A DNA stretch of 64,000 nucleotides from positions 15,838 to 79,837 of the forward strand of contig JAQGDQ010000928.1 in the NCBI GenBank assembly GCA_030141605.1. The letters run 5' to 3'. Numbering within the stretch: position 1 is the stretch's first letter; the number at the start of each line of letters is the position of its first letter. The notes beneath the pieces are model-generated. The model searched no databases. It was not told the origin of the DNA and worked only from the letters and a program-made list of their open reading frames with translations. This DNA comes from Tubiluchus corallicola. Lineage: Eukaryota; Animalia; Priapulida. This document shows positions 48,590 through 63,014 of this stretch, in pieces. The translations under genes were made by a program, and so were the position numbers.

Positions 48590-51500
48590 CGAATTTGTAA
48601 GTAAGCAAAAAATAGCTACAAGAGCCAAACTGTAAACTGAAAAGTTAAAGGGCATCTTGCGAATTTTCTCAATGTGCGCCATTTTCCAGCGTCTGTCTGC
48701 GCCAGTAAGTGGCGTACTCTACAGGCATTATTTTGTAATTTTTGTTTCTACTTCGAAACGCGGCGCAACCAAGCAAAGCAGGTAGCAGTATATACAACAA
48801 ATATGGGAACGTAGAGTAATTTGAAATAACGAAAAAGGTGACGAGTTCGACAGATTTAGGAGTACAGCAGATTTGGCGGTACAGCAGGTTTTGCCGGCAT
48901 GACAGGATTAACAGTATGGCAGATTTGTCAGAATGGCGGTATGGCCGGTTTGGAGGTACAGCAGGTTTGGCAAGTAGGACAGGTTTGACAGTAAGGCGGG
49001 TTTGGCAGCATGGCGGGTTAATAAGTTGACTTGATAGTAAGCATTTGTTTTACTTATACACGTCATTTGTTCTCTTGTTCTTTTGTTTCCATTTAATTTC
49101 TTTACTCACTCACTCAAGCAAAAAATTAATCATTGATTGACTAACTGCTTAAATAAGTGGCTGGTTAACTAACCAAATCAATGATGAGTATTTATTTAGT
49201 ACTTAATATCAAAGGTGAAATCATTTCCAACTAACTACTGTTTTTGCAGCTCAAGCTAGATCATTGTTTCAAGCATTTTTTAGTGATTTAGTTCGTATTC
49301 TAAGAAACATATGGTTCTTAAGCTAATTTGAAATGATTCGAGATCTACCCAATATATCTTATGTACCCCGACGAAGGATTCTTTTAAGATGCGATAACTT
49401 GGATCTAAAGAATTTTATTTGATTTTACAACAGAATTAGTGTGTTTTGTGAAACTCAAGTAGCTAAACTCAGAGGCTGTAGATATATTTCTTAATTTTTT
49501 TGCTTTCTCGCCAGACTTCGAAACCCAATCTCCTGTATTCTGGAGAGTTTTATATTTAGGCTACCCAATATACTACTACAGGTTTACGATAGATGTAGTT
49601 CTTTACAAATATGAACAAAGCTAGCTATAATGAGATCATTGATCAGCTTAAATGTTTTTATGCCGTATGCTATAGAGCACTGATTGGATATTCACTTCCC
49701 AGTGCCTGCCGGTGCCATAATTATGGTAATTATCAGTTATTAAGTATTGAGATTTGTTCCCAATATCATTACCAACCCTTCACTTCATGCACCGTGTTTT
49801 CATTTTAAATCACCCGCAATACTGTACAGACGGTGCGATTACCTGAAGTCACTACACAAACGTAAATCAGGGGAAGAAAAGGAAATGTTAAATTATGTCA
49901 CAAAAATTTTATGTAAGTGGAGGGTTTCTTGTGCTTTTTATGGAAAATAATCAGTTGCCTTAGTTGCTCTTCTTGCACTTGTTGCCTCTATAGCCAACGT
50001 TGATATCATTTAGCCTTGTTGATCTGTAACTACTCGAGTAGAGGATTTGCAGGATGTTCCCATATAACCCGAGTAACACAGCTCCAATAGTACCATGACT
50101 TACAATATAACAACTTCCATGACTGAAGTCTCCATTAGTCCCACCAAGATAAGAATCGTAAACATGCTATAAGCTAACCAACTGAATAGAAATTGTGCAG
50201 CTCACTGCCATTTGAACAGAACAAATTTCTTTACCTAATCTCCACAGGTATTGCCAGGTATGACTATCTACTCAGGCGGGCAGCTACTGCCCTCTAGTAG
50301 GAAAAATGGTAGACTGTTGTAGCAGACTGTCACACAGGTTTCAGAAAATTGCCTTAAAATTTTTTACTGCTTTACAGCAATTTTGTGTATTTATCGTACT
50401 GAAGGAAATTTTTGTTTGTTTTCATTTTAAATCTACCACTACATGACGTCACTAATACAAACGTAAATCAGCGAAAGAAAAGAAAATGTTAAATTATGCC
50501 CCAAAATACTTCCATAAAACCCTAACCTTGCTTTTCCTGTTTCTGGAAAAAACTATTTTTCTGGAAACAGACTGTCCAGTCCTTTTTTTTTCTTTTGTAC
50601 ATTTGAACATTTGGATGTACTCTATAAATTATGCCAAAATTAAAAAACAAGGCATTAAATTTAACAATGGAATCAATTTTTAGGCACAATTCATCCCTAT
50701 CGATTCAAAGCATTCGCTGAAATCACATATAAAACATATTATTTATAAAAATTTAAATAATTGGCATTGTTCCTAAAATTAGATGCAATTACCTCAATCA
50801 TGATGCTAAGACGCTATTATATTACTCATTATAATTCACCCTATTTGTAGTACAGCATACGTATCTATGGATTCAGCAGAAACATCCATCTTGCATTCAT
50901 CGATTAATGATAAAAGTAAGTTTATCAAACTTATAACAAAGATTCAGTGTAAACACCGATTTATTATCAATTATGTTCATAAAACTGAAGAACATGCATC
51001 AGCTAAAACTGACAAAATTTTTATGTTCAATCACCACAGGCTTTTCGATTTATTGCTAAACTACAATCATCCTGTGTCTCATCTTATACATTTTATTTTT
51101 TATTTATGAAATACATCCACAACGATCATTACAGCATTGCACTTAAAGAATTTAATAACATATTGATTATTATGTACACAAGATGCCAAGCTGCAAATGA
51201 CCCTTGGTGTACTCAAGAATTAGTTACTTGTTGGGAGCACTCTTAGTGAATGTCGATTAAGTGAAGTAGAGAAAAGCAGCAAAGGAATAGAAACGGAAAG
51301 TTAATAGAGAATAGAGAGAAAGTGAAATATATTATGGTATCTGTATGAAGTAATGCGAACTATAGAAATACAATTATCGACATAGCCAGCAATTTGATGG
51401 ATTCCAACAGGGCAGCAGTGTAGTAAGCCAAATTTATTTATTATATATAATTAGAAAAGATTTTACTTTGAAAATTTCAATTCTTGTTATTTATAAATAG

Positions 51501-51799
51501 ACAATTTTTTTATGTATTTGTTGATGTCATTCCAAAGTCTAGGGTTAGTGTTAGTGGTGATGTGCCTTGCCACATCAGTCCTGCGGTACTAAAGTAAAGA
51601 AATTCACTAGATCTGGTTGAGTAATGTCTTACGTTAATGGATAATGGGTTTAAGAAGAAATAGTTTATGTTTGGTTTTGTAGAGGTAAGTAGCGGAATTC
51701 AGATATATTAGATCATTTAGCACTAAGAAAGAATAATTCTTAAAAAGATTAAACCAACATAGTCACGCTTGTACAAATCAGATATCAGTCTCATGAACT

Positions 51800-52450
51800 T
51801 CATTGTAGAGAGTTTAATTCAAAAAGAGATGAATGGTAGTTGTGCCCCCAAAGTATATTACAGTAGATTAAAAATGTCAGTACTAGACAATTGTAAAATA
51901 TGATAAGATGTTCTTTAGAAATACAATGTTTAACTCGACTGATTAACCCGATGTTTTGAGCAATTTTAGAAATAATTATATTTAAGTGTGGTTTCCAATC
52001 AAAGTGTTCATTTAACATAACATCTAACAACTTGATTTCGTTTATTTGTTCTACAACACCACCATAAATTTTTATAATACAGTTCATATTTATAGGTTTG
52101 TTACGAGCTCTGAATAAAATATATTTAGTTTTTTTTAATGCTAATTTATTGATTATAAACCAGGCTGTAATTTTACTATTAATGATGTTAGTGTCCAGTA
52201 GCTTGTTGTTGATCTTGAAGAAAATTCTTGTGTCATCAGCAAATTGGCATCTTTCCATTGTTAGTAATACAGTTTTGTAAGTCATTATTGTATAATGAAA
52301 ACAACAGAAGTTCCAAAATAGATCCCTGAGGTATCTATGTGTGACTATTGCTTCATTGGAAATGACATTGTTACGTTTGACTACTTGAGTTCGACCCTTA
52401 TGGTAATTAGCAAACAACGAGTATGCAACCCCTCTAATGCCATAGTGAAG
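51800..52450 (-). mobile_element. Truncated, degenerate non-LTR (CR1/L2-like) RT fragment
   Basis: HYGIRGVA, FADDT, WFIINKL..KKTKYILF, L.YCNILWG. Confidence 0.85.
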
Positions 52451-55227
52451 TATTCAATGCGTTTCAACAATCTTCGCGAGTATTAAACAAGTTTTGTTTC
52501 TAAGCAGACATACTGTGTACCCACTATGAAAGAAAAAAATCTCTAGACTCAAATTGTTTGCTTTGAAACAACATACCAGCAGAGCTTAAAAATGGAACCT
52601 ATAGTTACATAATGCACAAATATGAGTCTACACTTATGCCTAACTACATAGATAAGTATCCGAGCTCTCGCTATTAGATGGCATTTTGCTAATTATATTC
52701 ATTATTTCTGTTTTCATTAAGCCATTATAATATTCTTTTAACATGGTTTTGCATTGCACTGTGTTTTTTCATTTGTTTTCTTTTCACAGCTAAAAAGAAG
52801 GAAAATGTTAATGCAGATTCATAATTAAAAAAATACAGTTCTTCACATGCTGTTTTATTTGTTTTGTTGATTTTTCTTCCATATTTCTTACATATTTGGT
52901 TGCATATTGTTCTTATTGATATATATTACTTATTTTAATCATTTTCGTTAATTGCTACTACCCATGTTGCTCTCGAAACAAAGTCGATTTGTTTTTTCCT
53001 CAATTTTTTTCTTTAATTGTCTATATTCATTGTATATTGTTTGTTACTATTATATTTCTATTCTATATTCTGTTGTCATATTTTTTAAATTATCACTTAT
53101 TTATTATTTCTCTTTTAATTTTTGCTGTCTTAATTTTTTATTAATTTTATGTGAAAATAGTAGTTTATTTGATTTTCCTTTGCTACCCTTTCTCATACAC
53201 TTCTAATGACACATTTCTTTATTTTTTTCATACTCATACTGCTTGTAATTATTATTTTTACACTGTAAACTGTGTACTTGATAAAATAAAAATGTCTGAT
53301 TCTATTTCAAACGAAATGAGCAAAATAGTAGTAAAGATTTTTTTCGTTTTAAATTGTGTCCTGTACAAAATCAGTGATTTCGTTTCTTAATTTTACTCAC
53401 ATTTTAGGTGCTTCGAACAGAGTTTTAGTTATCTAGCTTGGAAACTAAGACAGCACATCATTGTACTCGACAGAGAATGTACAATAAGCAGACAATCTTT
53501 TTTAAATTATTACTTCAAATAATATACAGCTGATAGAACAATATTTGACAACACCCTTAGTAACAGTCGAAATATTTTCACACCAGCAAGGCAATATAAT
53601 GACAAAAATTGAAATGTTTTGAATAAAGTGCCAATTTGTTTATTTACAGGTTATTATGAGTGGAGCTTCAAACAGTTCATGTGGTTAAAAGTCACTTTAA
53701 AACCTGAAACATTTCACATATTCTACCTACTGTGTCTCACTGCAACGTTGGAAACGTCTAGGAAGCCACAATTACGACAAAATTCGTCTTTTTCTTGAAT
53801 GAATCATGTGCAATGTTGCAAAAAATCAGTTGACTCTGAAATATAACAGACTTGGTCAGATTGATGATTATGTTGAGTATGTATACGGCGTATTGAAGTC
53901 AATTTAAGACATGCATCAACCGACATGTTTTGCAATTTGCTGGAAAGCCGTAAAGAAAGATGGAATTGACAGCAAAACATTTCATGTAGAAGCAGCTCTA
54001 AGAAAATTGATAGAAGCTACAGCTGACAGTTCTGTTCCTTGGAACTTAATACATGATGAAAGAAATTATATCGTATTTATATTGATATGCCAAGATAGTG
54101 AGAAAAAGTTCAAAACCGTCTAAAATGGAGTGAAATCGACATACGTCTATTCAGAGAGCAAATAATCATTGTGGAGTGTCACTAATCAAAAAAAAAGAAA
54201 AACTGATGATTATTGTTAATGATTAATTGATTTTAAAAGGCCTGCAAGAAACACTCAGTTACACTGTTGCTTCAGTGATTAGTGTATTTCACGTTGTCAG
54301 ATTGAGTAAAGCATCTGTAAGTATGTGTAAAAGCTTGCAATGGAAATCTTTTTTGATTTTATATGGGACTTTGTGCTTTGCATAAAAAGACAATACAAAT
54401 TTGTTGTTCAGCATTGTTCACAAGGTATGTGTTGCATATAATTGAGTGGCATGACAGACCCACAATTATTTAATGAACATAGTAAATTGTTTTGTACTAT
54501 GACTTTTTGTTTCTGTTTTATTGTCTTTACATCAATAAAAGTTTAATTAGTAGATTCATTGAATTAGTGCTAATGCTACCATGTTGAAGTCAGAAAAATC
54601 TAAAAGTGTCAGACAGAACTGGGTGTAATCAGCAAGATGTAGACCGTGAGGAGAAAAGCTGCCTGGTAAAAAAAGAACCATAAACAAACAAATAAACAAA
54701 TTAATCAGAAAGTTTCATTTAATAACAAAATATACAAGCATATTTCGCATCAAATTGTGAGATACACAGAAAATTTGTCAACACGTCATCACTGCTTTGA
54801 ACACAATGAAACTTGAATGACAGGTATTTAAAACTAGGATGGTAATATTGAAGCCAGATGTCAGCACCTTACAGGCAAGAAGAGGAAAGTAATCTAAACA
54901 AAAAGCACCTCTAATTATTATTAGTTATATTGTTAGAACAAACTTTTTTGGTTATTTAATAAACAAAAATATTCAACACCTGGTAGTTCAGGTCAGTTGC
55001 TCAGGGTCTCCCTGTATTTTTTGGAGAAAAACTGCTTGCCAGAAAAAAACTTCGCAGAAAGAAATTTGTTAGATTTTTTTTCCTGGAAAACTTTTTCTCA
55101 GGAAACTTTTTTCCTTGGAAATCGTTTCACAGAAAAATCATTTCCTACCTTCTTCCTACCCCTCATCTCTCACTTGCTCTCTCTGCTTGGCTGTCTCTCT
55201 TTTTCTCTCTCTCTCTCTCTCGCTCTG

Positions 55228-55260
<33 letters not shown>

Positions 55261-55624
55261 GTATTTTGTAATACAAATTGTGTATTGTGTACTGTGAAAA
55301 CGAACAACACCAAAATAATCTATCTAAACTGTATGGAGATATTACTGACATACTAAAAGTTTCAGCCACTATCAGTATTCCAGGGATGCGACTTGAGTCT
55401 AATGTAAGTGTCCATGTAAGACGATACCTGGTTGGAATGACTACGTTGCAGATATTCTCCTCAGTGTTTCCTTGCATGGCACATAAATGGTAAGTCTCAT
55501 GGCTACTTAGCTGTCCAGACGGACTTAAAGGTGAACATTTCTGTAATGCATCCCATTTGCTGGCAATCATTTTGGTGCTGCTATTCACGTCCTGTGTAAC
55601 ACACAGTTACCTGCCACATTTGTT

Positions 55625-56570
55625 AATGTTATCTGAACTAGTACCTCTCGTTAAAGACAAAAATGGGGATATTACAGACAAAAACAACTATAGACCTATC
55701 GCTCTTTGATCTGTAGGAAGCAAAGTTATAGAAATACTGCTTCTAAATCGTTACAGTTCTTGTTTGAGTACCACGCCAAACCATTTTAGTTTTGTTGAAA
55801 ACTTAGGCACAGAGATGTGCATCCATGCTTTAAAAGTGGTGCTTGACTATTACATTAGTCGACAAAGCACTGTACATATTCTGTTTATTGACGCATCAAA
55901 AGCGTTCGACAGAGCAAGATATCTCAAACTGTTTCTTAATCTTATCAGTCCTAACATACAAATGTAGTAACTAGATTTTTGGTTTTTTATTACATAAAAG
56001 AACGTATGTTGGTTAGATAGGGTAAATTTAACTCTGATGGTTTTGCAGTAGGTAACTGAATTCGTCAAGGTGGAAAAATGTCTCCACTGTTATTCAACTT
56101 ATATTTTAAAAATCTTAGTGCTCCTAGTGGGTTGTCATATTGCTGAAACCTGCATTAATCACTTGATGTACGCTGATGACATATGTCTTTTAGCAACAAC
56201 CTCGACGGCTTTACAGAAACTGCAAGATATTTTTAATAAATTTGCTAAAATATATGATATTCTTCTAAGTGTGAATAAGACTAAACTTGTCACGATTCAC
56301 TCCGCCCACATGCAGCAGTTTACTTTTGGGTCTGTTGTTTTGCAGAGTAAAAAAGAAAAATATCTGGGTCATAAAGACAATAGAGTAATTAGACATATTG
56401 CGACAATATTCAATTTACTATGGCAGAGCAAATAAATTACTCATGAAATTTATTCACTGTTCAGTTAACTTGAAGAGACAACTGTTTAATGCTTACTGCA
56501 CTACTTTTTATTGTATGTCCACTTGGAGACATTTTTATTATTACAATCTTACCAAAACACAATGTTGCAT
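55625..56570 (+). mobile_element. Degenerate non-LTR retrotransposon RT fragment
   Basis: LVKDKNGDITDKNNYRPIAL, FIDASKAFDR, HLMYADDICLL and KYLGH across stops and frameshifts. Confidence 0.85.
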
Positions 56571-59500
56571 ATAATGTATCAAGACGAAAGCATTTTAACT
56601 TATTATCTTATTTGCTTTGATGTCATACTGTTTGCACTTTAGGCTAAATAACATTGAAAATTTTATATGCAAAAGTTTTTTAAACAGTGATGTATACTTT
56701 ACTTGTGTAATTAGACATTATTGGCGCAATTTGTTATATCGCTAAATGTTATGTGTGCTATTGTTGTGTGTCATGGTTTATTATATTATTTGTATTAATT
56801 TGTGATATGTATATGAAGTTTGTAAAGTTTGAAATAAAATATTAATACTAAAATCTAAATCCCCCAATTCTCTATCACCTTCTCCTTCTTTCCCTTTCAC
56901 CCCTTTCTCCCTCCTGTTTTTTCCTCTATCTACCCATTGGTCCTCTCTCTTGCTTTTCCTCGTTCTTTTTCTGTCTGCTTCCACTAGTTATCTATTTAAT
57001 GTTTAAAGTAATTCCTCACAAACTTTTCTTGGACATTATGTTATAGGGTAAAAGTTTTATTAGGCAAAACATGCAATTCTTTTGTTTCGGATAAACTTTT
57101 CATCTACATTTTAGAGTCTGTTGAAAACATTTTAGATATTATGAAAGTAAAACAAAATGTCCAGTTGTTCTGATGAAATTTTTCATGGCACTTTATAATT
57201 ATGGGGTAACAAGTGAATATTCATCAGCTCTTCACTCATTATTACATAATACAAGCAGAGGCTATTATTAACACCATAAACGGTAATTTTCGTTGCCGTG
57301 TGATGAGTGTTCACAGAATGTAACAACAGCATGTGCTGACAGTGAGCAGTACTCCACATTTGAATAATATTATGCTTTACGAAAAATGAAAAAATAATAA
57401 AGACCGTTTTGGTGTGTTTTTTTTGAAATGTTGGATAAATTTACAACTGTACTTTTCTCTTGCGTAACACTCAGTTACATGAGTAGAACTGGTGATAAAT
57501 TTTGTGCGTTTCACTTGTTAATAATTCTGCGCATGTCCTACCAAACCTTCAGCATTTGAAAAATCTGTTGCAAGTAAACAAATTCCCAAAAACAATGCTA
57601 TGAATGATAATTTACTGTTCAACTTCTGTTGCTTCCAATCATGCTGGGAGGGCTGCTTGTCAATTCAATAGCTGAGCAGGGCAGACCTTCTTGCAGCTAG
57701 TGGTCACCTTCAAGTGCAACCTTCATTTCGTGGCAACATGTGCCTTTCAATTTACAAAGTTGGAGTTATTTGAAGACTTCTTACAAATTCTAGTGCAGAA
57801 AAGAATGCTGTACAATTTATGTTTGAACAGTTTTAGATACAATCTAACATTTGGAAACTATAAGGTTTTGAAACGAAATTATTTTGAAAAATCTACATAC
57901 ATTTCGTATCATACTGTTAATTACTAAACTAAATAAAAACATTTTAATAATTTTATTTACAGCGCTAGAAAATCATTAGCAGACAAAAAAGGATATGCTT
58001 GATCTAGGAACATATATAGAACTTCCGTTCCGCTTGTGTTTCGTACAAAATGAACGCAAAAACAATTAGCTATTCTGTGTTCAAAATAAAAGAATGACTT
58101 AAGCACAAACTAGAGGAGTTCTTATTATTTGTTCAAAATGCGATTTAAACGTTTCGCGTTCATTTTTGTTCAAACTTTCTTCATTTTGTTCTTTGCCAAA
58201 GTCATTTTTTGCATTCTGTTCATAGTCCAAGTATTACACGAAGCACCTAGGTAAGATGTAAACATACCACCACAAAATCATACGTTTTGCTTTTTTCACG
58301 AAATGGGTTTATTGACCTCTAATATTGATGCTAAAAAGGTCAGACGTAAACAAAACAAGCCCAAAAATAGCCAAAAAGCAGTTTTTATAATTGCACTGTT
58401 AGTTCGGCTGGCGTATGTATGCAAAAGTAGGTCGTAATTGCAAAGTTTAAAACGCAGCTTGTAACTTAAATGCTGCAAAAGGTTGTGCACAATTCAGGTA
58501 TCTTCTGTAATGGCCCTTGCATACAGGGGCAGACCATAGGGGCCAATTAATGGTAGTCGCTGCTAAGATCGATCAGTTCCTTGGCCGAGCTAGGGTCACT
58601 AACCGACTGCCCACTAGAGAAAACAGACAATAGCTGAGCCTAGGCAGACTCTACGGGGGCTCTACCTAAATAACATGGATTCTTTTGTGGTGTGATGAAT
58701 GAAAAACAGGCTTTTTAACTATACCTCAAAAATCAAACTGTCAGCAGTCAAAGAAGTAACAAGATATTAAGTTTAATGACACAATATAAATACCAAACAG
58801 TCATTAAATTTAGTTATCTGCAAACAATGGAAATTATTAATATGCAAAAGTGAATCTGAAAACGCTACTAAACAGCATGGCATGAAATGAATGCAATGGC
58901 AAAAGTCATACAGTGTTCCTAACTATTTAAAGGGGTTCTACTTACTCTACCAGCCACACTTGAACGCGTACGCTAGCATAATATATTCTGCAGACAAGTG
59001 TAGTTTGCGGTCATAGTCCTTTAGAACGACTAAAGTATGGTTCAGACTTCATCTAACGGGTTCACGACTCCCACAGTAACGACGCAAAAAGTCTGAGAGA
59101 AACGTAGTCAAATGTTTAACATAAGTCTATCAAGACGTGTGAACGGAGCTGTAGGCACACATGCGTTCGGTAATTCACATCACAAGTTCTCCCTCTGGCG
59201 CCAATTAACGATAACGTAAGTAAACAGGTACCTTTGTCGTCCGGTTTATTGGCATAAAGTTCCTACCTGGGCGGTGACGACTTCTCCGTCCCATGCGATG
59301 GACTATCGAGCTGGGCACCTTTCCAACTGCACGACGGTGCTCTCACATGATCCGAAACGACATCTTCCCGGCATGGTAAGATTAGCAAAGCCATGTAAAC
59401 CAATGAGTGGACATCTTCCACCACCACAAATAGATCATTAAATTTTCAAACGTCAGCTAATGGACAATCAGGTAAAACGTAAAAACGCAGTTTAACCAAC

Positions 59501-59889
59501 CAAACTCAAGTTGCATATCTCGTGTCCGTGAAATCTGTGTCATGAACGTACAGAAATCTATGCGTTTGGCTTCAATCCGATTAAATGTACAAACGTACAG
59601 TTACACGTTTAACCCAACCCAGGGGGGGGGGCTAACATTCCCTAAACTAACAAATAGTGTTACCTTGTTGATTATAACAATCTAGAAACAATTTACACTT
59701 AGTGAACATAAGTAAAGAAAAGCTGGTGTCAAAATACGAAAATAAAGTTTAATGTTTATCTGCAAGTTAAAGTACGGCTCTAAGATTTAATCTGGGACAT
59801 AACATCTTCAAGTTTGCTTTGCCTTGGTTTTAAGGCGTTTACAAAGCAAAAACTTTTGTTTTACTTTGTTTTGCTAGTTGGAAAATCAT

Positions 59890-60690
59890 TTGCGAGAGCT
59901 GCTGGTTTTGAATGCATCCTACTGTTTTGTGCACAGTAAGACCATGTGAACCAGCACTGTGCTGCCGTCTGGCAATGAATACAATATGGAAACAGCTTAC
60001 ATAACAAAGTTTCATAATTTTTTTAGAGTAATGCTTTCAAATGCATCGGCTGTTGTGCGTGCAGTAAGCCCATCACACCTTGCATGGTGCATCTATCTGG
60101 CACGAAAATAATAAGAAAACAGTTTATGTTGCCCTATAACAAAGCTTTATATTTTTTGCCGACTTTAAATGCACGCGATGGTTGTGCACTGTAAAACCAT
60201 CTGAACCTACACTGTGCTGCCATCTAGCAACAAAAATAATATGACAACAGCTTATGCTGCCCTGTAACTTAAACTTCGCAATTTCTGTGGAGTACTGGTT
60301 TTAAATGCTTTTGATGTTCTACGCACACTAAGTTCACCAGAGACTGCACTGTGCTGCCATCTAGCAACAAAAATAATATGGCAACTGTTTATGCTGCCCT
60401 GTAACTTAAGCTTGGCAATTTCTGTGGAGTACTGGTTTTAAATGCTTTTGACTGTTCTACGCGCACTAAGTTCACCAGAGCCTACACTGTGCTGCCACCT
60501 AGCAACGGAAATAAAATGAAAACAGCTTATGCTGCCTTGTAAAAATGCTTCTTAATTTCTGTAGACTGCTTATTTTAACTGCACTTGACTGTTATGCACA
60601 CGGTAAGTTCATCACACTTTGCACGGTGCTGCCATCTGGCAACGGAAATAATGTGAAAACATCTTATGCTGCTGTGTAACAATAATTTCA
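59890..60690. repeat. Diverged tandem repeat of about 130-138 bp, about 6 copies
   Basis: actgtgctgccatctagcaac...acagcttatgctgccctgtaac recurs. Confidence 0.8.
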
Positions 60691-63014
60691 GACACAATTA
60701 TAAGGGATTAAAATCTTTCTTTGTTGGCAGGGAGTAACCTACCACTCAGGTAAATACTTCAAAAAGATTCATTATTATTATCAGCTTATCAATCGTTATT
60801 AAATTCCAGACACAATTTTAAGGGATTAAAATCTTTCTTTGTGTGCAGGGAGTAACCTGCCTCTTAGGTAAACACTTCAAAAGGATTATAAATAAGCTGC
60901 TCTTTTGTGTGGAGAGAGAGCGCGTCTCAAGATGTCTGCAATTTAATGTTTTGCGAAGTTTGCTGCAAAGATTATAAACTAAAAAAGTCGGTGTTATTAT
61001 TTTCGGTTCGTTTCAGTCATTATTAAATTTCAGATAAAATTGCTGAAAGCTATAATCTTTCTTTGTGTGCAGGGCGTAAACTGAATCTCAGGAGAAATAC
61101 TTTAGAAGATTTTAATAACCATCGGGCTGTTCTCTGTGAGCAGAGAGAGCGTGTATCATGATTTTGTCATTTTAGAAAATCTGCCGGCAGGATTATAAAC
61201 TTTAAATGTAAATTTCAAATTGTTGAAGACTAAAGCTTTCGTTATCCGTAGATTGTCAGCTCTATCCGTAGCAGCTCATATAGTAATAGTAGTTGTTGTA
61301 GTGGTTTATTAACGTAAAATTAATATTTACAATCTTTGACATTGATAGCCGAATTGAAATATTTCATTGACAAAAATTTTGCCTTTTCACAGCAAAATTA
61401 TACAAATAATGGAAATGAGCTTAAAGAATTTTTCAAAGTTGAAACACTTTTTTATGATTTCTTATTCATAAACTTTCGAAATATTCTAACAAATTTAACT
61501 AAACTAGTACAGCTAATATCTTCGCTAAACGAATCAGTTTTGCGCAATCTGTGCGCAGTTTTTGCGCAATCTGTGCGCAGTTTTTGCGCGATGTTTGCGC
61601 AGTTTTTGCGGGCGTTCTTGACGGAAAATTTCTAGTGAGTATGAACGTTGGGCGGAGCTAAACAGTTGCTAAATGTACCACCTGGCATTTCACCGTGACA
61701 AAATCCTATCACTTTCATAGGAATCATATCCTTGAATGAGACAGTTGAAATCATTTACCGTGCAATCCTGCTATGACATTTGCTATGAAACTGCCAACTA
61801 AAGTTTTTTGCGATAATATCAAGTGCAGTAAGAGAGTCTGAGTACAAATCTGTGATTCCATTCAAAAAGTGAAAATTTCGCTTCTGTGAAAAGTTAATTA
61901 TTTTTCGTGCTGCGATCGTTCGCGTATTATAGAGCATTCGTGTTCGTTTTGCCTGAGAAATAAATTGTGGCTGTATTGTGCTTTTTAGTTAATTCAAGCG
62001 AGGCTATTCAACACTTTACTTGGCCTAGCGCTAAACAAATATTTTAGTACTGTTTATTATGAAACAAGTTTAATGTAATATCATTTAAAGCATCAGTTCT
62101 GTTACCATATTTAGAGTTTTAACCAATAACTTTCCTTCTCTTATTCATACATCAGTTGTCTACGTTTTTAGTACCATAGTTATTGAGATACTTACTACAC
62201 TTACTTCAAATTTCATCAGTTTTCCAGCATATTCTCTTAAGGGTCAGTCAAATAATAATGTGGTCTTCTAAGAACCACGAGTCTTTTGCTACCGTGTGAG
62301 CACGAACATAACTAAGTGACTACAGTTGTGTTCGGAAAAATATCCAATCAACCTATTTGGCACTGCAATTACTGTAAGTTTTTTTTTAATTTATTTGTTA
62401 AAAATCGATTTTTAATTTGACTTATCTGTAAGCAAGTACATTCTCATACACTTTTGCATGAAAACACATTGTGTGAAGACTAGAAACCAATAAAAATTAT
62501 TCAATGTAATGTAATGGCTGCTTAGTGATAGCAGTTTTTTCATGAAGCCTTACAAAAGGTAGCAAATGCCTTCTGTCCAGAAGAAGTAAAGCAGTATTTG
62601 TCCACAGACCCTGTTATGACCCTCTTTCTAATAACAACCTGAAAATGTTGGCATCGTCGTCATCTAGAAATGATTTCTTGGAAATTAAAGAAAGTTTGCA
62701 TATGAAATTTGACAACACACTGTTCAACACGATTTCTTAAAAATGTAATTTACCATAGTGATGGTTCTATATGCTCAAAATTTTTTTGTCTATTGAAATA
62801 AAATTTTAATGTTTGTCGTTTATGTAAATATTTCTAACTACTTTCTCTTTTTATTGTTGCATAAAGTAAGTTTTATGATACATGTAGTTTTATTTGTTTT
62901 ATTAGTAAATTGATTTATATGATTTAGGTCGAACAAAGTCTAGTAGCTCAAATAAATAATAATAAAATAAATAAGTAAATAATAGTAAAGAAATATCACA
63001 TTATATAGCTACAT

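Noticed and set aside
53650-54200. Possible DNA-transposase remnant
   Set aside because: No diagnostic motif recognised; too degraded to call.
58506-59637. Possible solo LTR (TG...CA ends, minus-strand AATAAA, higher GC)
   Set aside because: No matching TSD (tcttc versus ttccc) and no second copy in the window.
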